64,000 bases of DNA from Camelus dromedarius (Eukaryota), in NCBI RefSeq assembly GCF_036321535.1, contig NC_087472.1, forward strand, positions 93,994,001 to 94,058,000, written 5' to 3'. The notes below the pieces were generated by a model. That model ran no database searches, had not been told where the DNA came from, and saw nothing but the letters and a program-made list of their open reading frames with translations. How positions within the stretch are numbered: the stretch's first letter is position 1; each line of letters opens with the position of its first letter. Positions 53,561-64,000 of this stretch are shown piece by piece. Made by a program: the position numbers and the translations under genes.

Positions 53561-55178
53561 AGTTTATTTATTTATTTCGTGTGTGTGCATACAGGTTTTA
53601 TTTTCTTATGATAGAACTATTGATTAAAGGGTATGCCTTTTTTAATTATATAGTTGATTTACAATATTATATTAGTTTCAGGTGTACAACATAAGAATCA
53701 ACCTTTTTATAGATTATATTCCATTTATAGTTGTTATAAAATATTAGCTATGTTACTTATGCTGTACAATATATCCTTGTAGCTTACTTATTTTATACAT
53801 AGTAGTTTGTACCTCTTAATCTCCTACCTCTATTTTGCCTCTCCCTCCTTTCCTCTCACCACTGGTAACCACTAGCTTGTTTCTATATCTGTGAGTCTGT
53901 TTCTTTTTTGTTATATTCACTGGTTTGTTTTACATTTTCAGATTACACATATAAGTGATAACATACAGTATTTGTCTTTCTCTGTCTGACTTACTTCACT
54001 AAGCATAATACCCTCCAGGTCTATCCACATAGTTGCAGATGGAAAAATTTCATTCTTTTTATGGCTAAGTATATATATGCCACATCTTCTTTATTCATTC
54101 ATCTATTGATGGACACTTAGTATGCTTCTGTATCTTGGCAATTGTATGTAATGATGCAATTAATGATGGGGTGTATGTATCTCTTTGAATTAGTGTTTTC
54201 ATTTTCTTTGTGTATATTCCCTGGAGTAGAATTGCTGGATTATATGGTAGTTCTATTTTTAGTTTTTTTGAGGAACCTCCATACTGTTTTCCATAATAGC
54301 TATACTAGTTTACATTCCCTCAACATTGTACAGGGTTTCCCTTTTCTCCATATCCTTGCTAACATTTGTTATTTGTGCTCTTTTTGATGATAGCCATTCT
54401 GACAGTTGTGAAATGATACCTTACTGTGGTTTTGACTTGCATTTCTCTGATGACTAGCGATGTTGAGCATCTTTTCATGTGCCTGTTGGCCATCTATATG
54501 TCTTTTTTGGAAAAATGTCAGTTCAAGTTTTCTGCCCACTTTTTAATTGAATTGTTTGCTTTTTTGATATTGAGCTGTATGAGCTGTTTATACATTTTGG
54601 TTATTAACCCCTCATCAGTAATATCATTTGCAAATATTTTCTCCTATTCAGTAGGTTGTCCTTTCATTTTGTCAATGATTTCCTTTGCTGGGCAAAAGCT
54701 TTTAAGTTTCATTCGGGCCCATTTGCTTATTGTTGCATTATTTTCCTATGCCTTAAGAGAGAGCTCCAAAAACATATTGCTGCAATTTATGTTGAAGAGT
54801 GTTCTGTTTTCTTCTAGGAGTTTTATGATTTCTGGTCTTACATTTAGGTTGCTAATCCATTTTGAGTTTATTTTTGCATATAGTGTGAGAAAATGTTCTA
54901 ATTTCATTATTTTACATGTAGCTGTCCAATTTCCCCAGCACCACTTATTGAAGAGACTGTCTTTTCTCCCTTGTATATTCTTCCCTCCTTTGTCATAGAT
55001 TAATTGACCATAAGTGCATGGGTTTATTTCTGAGCTGTCTATTCTGTTCAGTTATCTGTGTGTCTGTTTTTGTGCCAGGATCATACTGTTTTGGATACTG
55101 TAGCTTTGTAGTATAGTCAAACACCAATGGCATTTTCCACAGAACTAGACTAGAACAATTTTAAAATTTGTATTGAAA
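53561..55178 (-). mobile_element. L1 insertion with 5' inversion and 3' transduction
   Basis: 17-bp TSD CAGTCTTTTACTTTTTT at 53544-53560 / 55179-55195; antisense L1 body at 53644-55117; sense ORF2 piece at 55118-55178. Confidence 0.9.
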
Positions 55179-56206
55179 CAGTCTTTTACTTTTTTTTATG
55201 CGTACTGTAGCTTTTTCATTGATTCACTTAAAATGAGGAAATTCATTTCTGTTGTTGGTTTGTCAGATTTTATCAACCTGCACACTTAATGACTGATGAG
55301 TTTAGGTGAATGTAAAATATCCCTCAAGAGCAGATTTAAAACAGGGAGATCACCTTAAATACTGGGGCTATTCAGGTAGTTAAAAACCACAGAATATTGA
55401 CTACTTTATCATACTTATTTAATGTGTCTTTCATCCATGCCCACTATTATATGTGCACATATGTAAAATAGGAAAATGCACAAGTGTCAACTCCAGCTTA
55501 TTGTTACAGTTAAATGATACGATATTTGGGAAATTATTTTATAAACTTTGAGGAGCAATTGAATAATCAAATTATTCTTTCCATCAGAAGTTTATATGTA
55601 TATATAATATGTGTGTGTATCTGATATTTCTAAATATAGTTAAAATTTTGATTTGTTTTTCTCAGTATTTATGCAAGATAATAGCAACTTGAGAATAAGC
55701 AAAACTTCTTAGTTGTCAAAAAATGAGTTGCACAATGTTACTGAAATATTATCAGTAGACATAAACAGGGCTTGCTTGTAATAGGAACAGATCAAGAGAG
55801 AAAAAAAAAAAACACTACTACATAGTATCTAACAGTGATATCTAAACTCAGAAACAAAGCATCATTTCCTTTAGAAGCTTCAACAATGATACATTTTGTC
55901 CTCTCTAAATTTTACCTGTCTCTAATAGTGAGCAATTATTTCCCTGGCATTCATCCTAGATTGTTGCTAAGCAATGACTAAAAGCTTGTATCTTCTCAAT
56001 TCACCCTTTGTTGCACAGAATTTCTTTCATAACTGTTTGCCAAGATACTGCTTTTTTTTCTAAAAATTAATAAAGTATGCTTATCTTATGTAGTATTTAA
56101 TGTAATTTTTTGTCTCCAATACAGTCTTTAGGGAGACAAAATTAAATTTGTTAGGTCATTAACTCTTAGAATATTTGTTCAATTTGTAATCACTTTTTCA
56201 GTACGT

Positions 56207-56207
<1 letters not shown>

Positions 56208-56241
<34 letters not shown>
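56208..56241. repeat. (CA)n microsatellite
   Basis: Direct reading. Confidence 0.97.
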
Positions 56242-56244
<3 letters not shown>

Positions 56245-58029
56245 CACACAACTGAACAGGATCTGTAAAAGAAAAGCAGACCATATCACTACTGTGACAT
56301 ATGGTTCGTCTGATTTGATTCAGCTCATTGCCCTGGAAGAGATGCCTATTGGGAACTGGATCTTTTTTTACTTGTTTCGAATGTACTAAAAGATCAATTA
56401 TGAACACTGGTACAGAATGTTATGATCTTATTTGTAGTTTTATTTTCTATTTTATAACTTTGTTACAGTTTATTTTTCTCTGGATCAACTAAACCATCCA
56501 GACTTGTTGGGGTAGTGATACCTGCTGTCATAGTGCAAGGGTCCAAACCTTGGACTGAGGCTTAATGAGTCCTTAAGCAAATAATTACATTTCTGCAAAC
56601 CTCAGCACTTTATTGCCAAAATGAAGATAATTATTTCTTCATAAACCTGAAAAAATATAAAAACATATGCAGTCCTCCAGAACAGTTTGTTGTTATATTA
56701 CCAGTCAATACAGTATGATCAATTCAAGGTCTCCTTCCTAGAACAGAAAAATATCCTTTCACTTTTCCCACTTCTTTAAATGTTTCTAACAATATTTTTT
56801 CTATGCTGCGCCCAAGTTTTACATAGCTATTTCATGATAGGAAAATATTTCAGTTCCCTCTGTGTTTATTTAGGGTTTTTTTAAATTCAGTAGAACCTGA
56901 AATACATATTTTTAAAAGCTGTCCTTCTGTAGATGTTGTTATCATGCTTTCTTTGCATCACAGATCAAGTTACTGTTTCTACCTTTGTAATTTGCCTAAT
57001 GATGTTCACTAAGAGCCAAAGTAAATTTAGAATTTTAGGAGTAGAAAGTATATTTTGGTATATTCAGATTTTTATCATTTTCTCTTCTGTTCTGTTGCTC
57101 AAATATCTAAAATATGATAAACAGTCATATTTATGTTTTTATTATATTTATCTTTTAAGTTACTCAAAATTATGTTTTGATATCTTGTGTTGAGGATGGA
57201 TAGTATTTTTTCCAGTAGTCAGTGATCTGTCCTAACACTATTTAGTAAGTAATATTTTTAACCAAGTCAGCTGGAAGTTTTACATGTGTATCTTAAACTT
57301 ATATATATATATATACTAGAGTTTAGTTCTGTGCCAACTCATTTTATTAATTGACTCATGTGCCATTACTATACTTCCATTTGTATTCGATGATAATTTT
57401 AGTATCTACTAGCCAAGGTTCCTTACAGTGTCAGTTTCCAAAATTCTATGACGTTTGCTTTGCTCTTTATTCTTCCCCATTCATTTCGATTCACTTCGGT
57501 TAATAAAAAGGTAATCTTACTGGGACCAAATTACACAATTTTCAAAAGAGATATTTGTAGAGCAGACTTGGGCAGCAGGAATAGGAAAGGAAGAGCGAGT
57601 CACCCCCTGTTGAAAAAATTCTTCACTTAGTACTGGGCCTTCTTCCATTGGAAAAAAAATGTACCACTTAAACCATAGAATTTTTTTTCCCTGAATACAT
57701 GAATGACTGAAATATTGCACTTACTAGGTCATGTAATAGTCTAAGTATAATACTACCATTACTTAGATCATTATAATTGTATCCCTTTACATGTTCTTTC
57801 AGAAATAAGGACACAGACCTAGACCATAGTATTGTCTTTGGCAATTAAATTATAGCTTGTAATAGTTTAGCCATTTTGAGACTGGTGCATAATGATTCCT
57901 GGATATGTGAAAGTTATATTTTTATATTCAGCAAAAAAATACTGACACATTAAAATGAAAAGAAATCAGTGAGTGATATTTCCCTTTAAGTATTCACATA
58001 AATGTTACCTTTTCTCTCTTCTAGTGGGA

Positions 58030-60480
58030 CAGTTATTCACTCAATTAATATTTAGTGAGTAAGGCAGTATTGGGAAGAAAAGAAAATTGATAAATCAAGA
58101 GAGGGTTCTGCTTAAAGAATACTTTAAATTGTTAAGATATCTACATAAGTACCTTTAATGCATGTGAGAATATGGTGGATGTGTCAATTGATATGATGGA
58201 ACTTTAGAGGAGGGAGAAATTACTGTCATATACAGCAACCTGGTATGACTTAATGGTTCACTTGGCATCTGAGCTACACCTTGACGGATGGTTTAGATTT
58301 GGGGTTGATGAGATGGCGTCACTGGAAGAGTTGAAATAAAGCAACTGAGGTGCAGAGACTCAGTATATGTTCAGGGAAAACTAGATAACTTATTTCAGCT
58401 GGAACATAGAGTGTGTGAGAAAAAACAGTGGGAGATGATTTTGGAAAGACAATTGGAAGCCAGATGTCAGAATATCTTGAATACTGGCTATTAGAGTGTG
58501 GATTTTATTTTGTTGGTAGTTTGCTGGTTCAAAAAAATGAAATATTTTTTTAAAGGCATTGGTACAAGCGGTGCTGTGCATTAGAAAGGTTACAAAACAG
58601 ATTATCTTCCTAGATAAGCACTTAGGCTGGGTGTTCATAGTACCAGTGAGAGTCTAAGATTCTAAAATCTTAAATCACCAAGTTCAGAAAAGTTTAGATA
58701 ATGTTATCTTAACCAGTGATCAGAAAAGTTCATCCACCAAGCTGTTTGTACTTTTTTGCTGTAACATTTGATGTCAAGTTAATATCTTTTCTTGTCTTCT
58801 TTTTATTTAAAGGAAAATGTTAATATTTTTGAAAGGAGTTAACTGAAGTATATAATTCTTGCCTTCTAGATTATTAGAATAACAAATTTGATGTGAAATA
58901 TTACGATTTCTAGTCCACTACAATAACTATAAAATATCATGTGGTTTGAACATAAATTTGTGTTAAAGTTGCTTCATATGTAACATTTTTCTCAATATAG
59001 TTACAAATTAGTGTACCTTCAAGATATCTCGGTAATCTCAGATTAAGGAATTAGAATCTCAGCACAGGCAAATTTAGTGTTTCACATGAGATTAGTTTTA
59101 TTTAATTTTTAAGTAAAATTCATACTCACAAAAATTTTCATTCTATTTATCATGTGTATTATTTACTGAATTATTGAGACTTGCATTTGGTATTCATTTT
59201 GATAGACACTAAAAATGTAAATTAAGTAAACAGTAATTAATGTGAGTACACATGCATTAAAAGAAATGACTAAGGAAGTAGCAAAATCTAGTTGTAACTG
59301 CTGGTGGTCCATTACTGGAAACCAAATCAGTTCTTAGTGACACATAATCTTGTTATATTGCAATAGCTAATGAATAATTTTTAGTAAAAGCCAAATGTCT
59401 GTAACATCTCAATTATGCACTTTATTTAGGAACTGATATTAATGCTGTATAAAATTCTGTAGCATAGGAATTTTGGAAACTGACAGCAGTCAGGCTTTGT
59501 AATTCTTAAGAAGTGAACTGATTTTCAAGTTTAATGTTTATCAGTTTTGCATATATGACGTTGCACTTGCTACAGTTTACTTGACTATTGGTGTCTTTTC
59601 AGTTGAGATGCTAACATATGGGAGCTATACAGGACTTGGCAATGGATTTGGTACAATAGATAAAAGAAAAGAGTTAAGATTGACTCCTAGATTTTGGCTA
59701 GTCTAGCAGAATGGCTTAGTGGCTACTGTCTCAGTCAGTAAGAGCTGCTAACCAAAGTACCATAGACTAGGTGACTTATAAAAGGCAGAAACTTAGTTCT
59801 CACAGTTCTGGACCCTGGAAGTCTGAAATCCAAGTGCCAACATGGTCAGTTTCTGATAAGGGCCCTCTTGCAGGTTGCAAACTGCTGCTGTGTTCTTATA
59901 TCTCAAGTGACAGAAATAGGGCAAGAGAGCTCTCTGGGGTCCCTTTTATAAGGGCACTAATCCCATTCATGAAGACTCCACCATTATGATTGTATTATCT
60001 GCCAAAGGCCCCATCTCCTAATGCCATTACTTTGGGGGTGGGATTTCAGCCAGTTTGGGGAGGACACAACATTCAGTCTGTAACAGCTGCCATTTACAGG
60101 GATAGTAGAGTGTATAAGAAAAAACAGGACTGGGAGATAAAAATCTCCATTTGGCCTTTTATGTGTGATTTTGAAATACCTTTTATCCAACAAGGCAGAG
60201 ATGGCAAGAATGCCATTATAAGTTGAGATGTGGAATTCAGAAGTGATGTCTGTGATAGGCAGGTGTATTTGGGACATTATTAGTATATAAATTGACAATT
60301 GAAAGCATAAAATTAAACTGAACTGCTGAAGAAGGTGTGAAAAGAGAAGAAATTGGTGTTCTGGGATTGAGGCATGGGGTATTTAATCATTTACTAGCCT
60401 GGTAAAGGAGCCTAACCTTGAAAACATGACCAAGGAAAGGCAGCCAAAAAATGTAAAGACATTCAGAAGAGGGACTGTCA
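58030..60480 (+). mobile_element. L2 fragments (about 58030-58650 and 59600-60480)
   Basis: L2-like text (gagttaagattgactcctagattttggc...; tttgaaatacc...gagatggcaag); one copy is split by an MLT1 LTR. Confidence 0.6.
59727..60085 (-). mobile_element. MLT1A-like MaLR solo LTR
   Basis: TG...CA termini; 5-bp TSD GCTAC / GCTGC; tctcacagttctgga...gaagtctgaaatc motif. Confidence 0.88.
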
Positions 60481-60569
60481 CAGTAACTAAGGGAGCTACT
60501 GAAATTAAAAGTGCTACTGAAAAAAAAAAGTGCTACTGAGATTAGGATGAGGGTTAATTAATGATAATA

Positions 60570-60800
60570 ATATTTAACATTTATTGAATGATTAGTGTTT
60601 GCCTGGTAGTAAATACTGACCTGGACTGATTCATTAGTTTTCAGTAACACTATGAGGTGAATACTATTATCTTCATTTACAGATGAGGAAAACAAGGCTT
60701 AGGGAAAGTAAGAAACATACTCAAATTAACACTGGTAGTAAATGGTGCATCTGGGATAGAAACCCAGGCAGTGTGAGTCGAGAGACCGTACACTTAGTGT
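60570..60800 (-). mobile_element. MIR SINE
   Basis: aacatttattgaatg...catttacagatgaggaaaac...gaacccaggcagt-like core. Confidence 0.8.
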
Positions 60801-61571
60801 GTGCTCTTTTTCATCCAAATGGTCTGAAAAATACCCACTGAATTTTTCCCTATGTCTGAAGAACAAACAGGAATTTGTCAATGCAGAAAGGACTGGAGGC
60901 TGTCAGAGGTGTGCTTTCTTCTACATGCACACTTCTTTTGAATGATATAATGAAGTGATACTGACTTCCCTGGAGCCTCCAAATTTGAGGACTCATGTCA
61001 GAATCCTGAGTTATGAGAGAGCAAAGTAAGTGATAATGTACCTGGGATTTTGGTTGTTTCTGACATTGTTTTGAAAAAATTACATTCCAGTTTTCCTTTA
61101 GGAATTACGTGTCCTGAGATCTCAATTTAGGGGGATTAAGTAAAGGTAAGCCAATGCCTACCTCCACTAGGGTTGCATACGCCAAGCATATCAAAGAGTG
61201 TCATGTTCAGCTGCCTCATGTGATTGATATTGACTTCCATGATATATAAAACATTGTTTTTTAAAATTTAGAATTTTAACTCTATCAAGATAGTAAACAA
61301 ATCTCTTCTTAATCTGCTACCTTGCTTTCTTCCAGAAGGTTAATTCCTTTCCCCTGCCCCGATCTGTAGAAATGACAGTGTTATTCTTCTAGAATGCTAT
61401 GGCATGTTGAAGCAAGAGCATGTGCTGAAGAATACCAGAGCAGATTTAGCTGTGGATTCAAGGCAGCTGTCTGGAGAGTTTAAGTGAGGACTGCTCCACA
61501 CACAATTAGTAATTCACATGTTACTTGAATTAGGTAACGTGTGTTCACACTGAGCATCATTTATTCCTCCT

Positions 61572-62143
61572 TGTACTGGAGATCTCTAAGACCATCCTCA
61601 GGATAGATAACCTCTTAGAAGAATTCATAGGAACCAGAAAAGCTGTTAAACTCACCAGTGCAGTTTATTACAGCAAAAAGATACAGATTAAAATCAGCAA
61701 AGGGAAAAGGCACATAGGGAGAAGTTCAGGAGGCAGAAGCTTCCAGTTATCGCTTCCTGTGGAGCTTCACAGACAGCGCTTAATTCTTCCAGCACCAAGA
61801 TGTGACAGCACGTGCACAATGTTAACAGCCTTGGTCTTACAGGCATGGAGTATCCCTGTCACTTACCTTAGGTCCTAAGCTTCTAAGCCTCCACAGAGGT
61901 CAAACTGAGACAGCATGCCTCAGAGCTCCAGACATACACAGACATTCACCATAGATCACATTGTTAGCATGAACTATCTTTTGTGGCCCAAAGCATCAGA
62001 TTTACAAAGACATTCTTATCAGGCAGGATATTCCAAAGACTCAGAGGTTACATCCCAGGAGCTGGACAAAGGCCAGTCCTGAAGACCTTAGGCAAGTATA
62101 GACTTTGGGCAATCCAGGCCTTGGAGTTAACCTTAACTGCATA
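61572..62143 (-). mobile_element. MER21/MER77-like ERVL LTR
   Basis: aagaccatcctcagg...tttattacagcaaaaagatacagattaaaatcagcaaagggaaaaggcacatagg. Confidence 0.75.
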
Positions 62144-63098
62144 TTGTATACATTTTTGTTATTTATATGTATAGTATTTTTGTCCTAAATAGTTTCTTAG
62201 TGATTTTTGTTTACATATGAAAATAATTTCTATTTATGTTTCTATTGTATAAAATACTTGTGTCAATTCTAATAACTTCTAATTTTCCAGCATTGCCCAC
62301 AGATATCTGTAATCATAACTATTTACACATCGACAAAATAGTTATCCTTGAGTACGTTCTGCTATTGCTAGGCCTTATTTCTTATATATGTCTAGTTAAA
62401 TTGAGTTGAACCTTTGGGGAAACTTTTAGATGATTTGGGTGATAATTTTCTCATTGCTAATTTAAAATGAGAAAATCAACCTTTCAGCATATACAACAAA
62501 TGCACCATGAGAGAAAACATGAGAGAATAAGCCTTTGTATGAATCAGATAGTTATTGTGATCAGACAATTATATGTAAGAGATTAAAAATGTGACGAGTT
62601 CCTATGCAGTTCTATTTCAGTAATTCAGAAAACTCAAAAAAGTAGTATGTTTCTCAGGAGAAATTAGAAAGTGCTTCAGAAATGAGAAGAAAAATTAATG
62701 CAATGTGGTAAGCACAGAAATAATCAACAAAAACCAAACAGTAGACAAACTAGAAAACACTATGAAGGATGTGGCAATAAAAATTAAATGCAAATAATTG
62801 ATTAATTAGGCATCTGTGTTTTACACTTCTCACTGCCCAGTTACCAGTTTTCTGGTGCCTCTTTAAGAAACTACCCCAAATTTCAGTCCAAGTTAAAGTA
62901 AAGCTGACACTTCCCTATGCTCCAGGGGAGAAAATAAGACTCCATCAATCATTACTCCATCCCCCTGGCCAAAGTGCTTGGTCCAGGGGTGAGTCCATAA
63001 TCCACGTTAGGTCAGTGTGAAGTCTTTTCTTGACATTGATGGACAAACAGCGTTTTTTCCTGCTGCATTTGATAAAGTTGGACAGGATAAGGCCAGAG

Positions 63099-63470
63099 CA
63101 GTGGCTCTCAAACTTACTGCACAGTAAATCCCAGGGGGAATTTTAAAAACATCTGTTATCCAGGTCTAAGCCTACATCAAGTGAATCAGAATTTCTGGTT
63201 TATAAAAGCTGTGCTTCAGTTGTGTTTACAGACTCGCCAAGGAATTCCATTTGGCAGTCAGTGTGGAAAACCCGTGGTCCAGCGAATAGTGATTTTCTGA
63301 CTTTCGTGTGCCTACGGATCCCTTGTGGCCTTGATAAAAATCCAGATTGTTTAGCCCAGCTACACAGTATGAGTTTATTTTTCATTAGGTATAGGTAGGT
63401 GGGACTGGGAATTTGTAGTTCTATTAATTGCCCAGGTGATGCTGGTTCTGGAACAAATTTTGAAAATCAC
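63099..63470. mobile_element. Two adjacent MER5 (hAT-Charlie) elements
   Basis: First copy at 63099-63276 is flanked by GGCCAGAG / GTCCAGCG (degenerate 8-bp TSD); a second MER5A-like copy lies at 63287-63470. Confidence 0.7.
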
Positions 63471-64000
63471 ACCTCTGCTCTCTGAAGTTCTGAATATGAC
63501 AGTGGGAAGGATGCTTTGCTTTTAAAGAGAGAAAAATACTAAAAGTTCAAAGAAAGGACAGAAATCTCAGGTAACTGAAATATTATAGGTAGCTTTGGGC
63601 AGTGGGCCTCATGAGAATTATATTTCTTAGAAGATTCCAGTGTATGTCAGTGCTGCTGTTCAGGCAATCATGTTTTGAGACTCTGACGTTTGGTCAGTAT
63701 GACTGACTAGTAATGGTATCTCCTGTGTTGTGTGCTCGTGCTAAGGCTACACTGAAGCTTAATATTTTCATCTCATTCCAGCTTCACTCCCTGGGGAAGG
63801 TATTCAAATCTTTCTAGTCTCTAACAATAAAGAAACTGAGGATCGGAATTAAATATTTTGCCTGAGGGCATGGGGCAAATAAGTGGCAGGACTCAGATGG
63901 GAATCTAGAAAAGCCTCGGCTCCTAAACACCAGGAGGAGGAGGTTTCACATCAGATGGAAGTGCTGGCCCCATCCTCCTGAGTGGGTAAAGTGCTTCTGT

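Noticed and set aside
54426..54998. Longest ORF (190 aa, hydrophobic)
   Set aside because: It is the antisense frame of L1 ORF2 inside a TSD-bounded L1, a common artefact.
56280..56306. Small hairpin ACCATAT...ATATGGT
   Set aside because: It is too short for a pre-miRNA and has no snoRNA box context; expected by chance.
63232..63366. Apparent 135-nt frame-preserving exon or foreign insert inside MER5
   Set aside because: It is explained by the end of one MER5 copy plus the start of a second adjacent copy.

Overview
AT-rich mammalian genomic DNA, most likely from a camelid (alpaca, llama or camel). This rests on four copies of a tRNA-derived SINE resembling camelid Vic-1. I could not identify any protein-coding gene, and the ORF track is mostly repeat-derived or chance ORFs. 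The window is dominated by transposable elements: about 20 solo LTRs (ERV1, ERVL, MaLR), L1 fragments of several ages, L2/MIR, hAT and Tigger DNA elements, and microsatellites. Subfamily names come from recalled consensus sequences and are approximate; target-site duplications (TSDs) were read directly. The main signal is a ~350-bp CpG-rich promoter-like island at 50160-50530, built from MLT1 LTR and L1 remnants. It has three A-MYB-type sites plus CCAAT, YY1, GC-box, ETS and ACTACA motifs, with a splice donor on each strand. This fits a bidirectional meiotic lncRNA or piRNA-precursor promoter, which is an inference. Other notable items are a probable ancient Gypsy integrase fossil (~19.7-21.6 kb), a nested inverted LTR array (12.8-17.1 kb), and an L1 carrying both a 5' inversion and a 3' transduction (53.5-55.2 kb).
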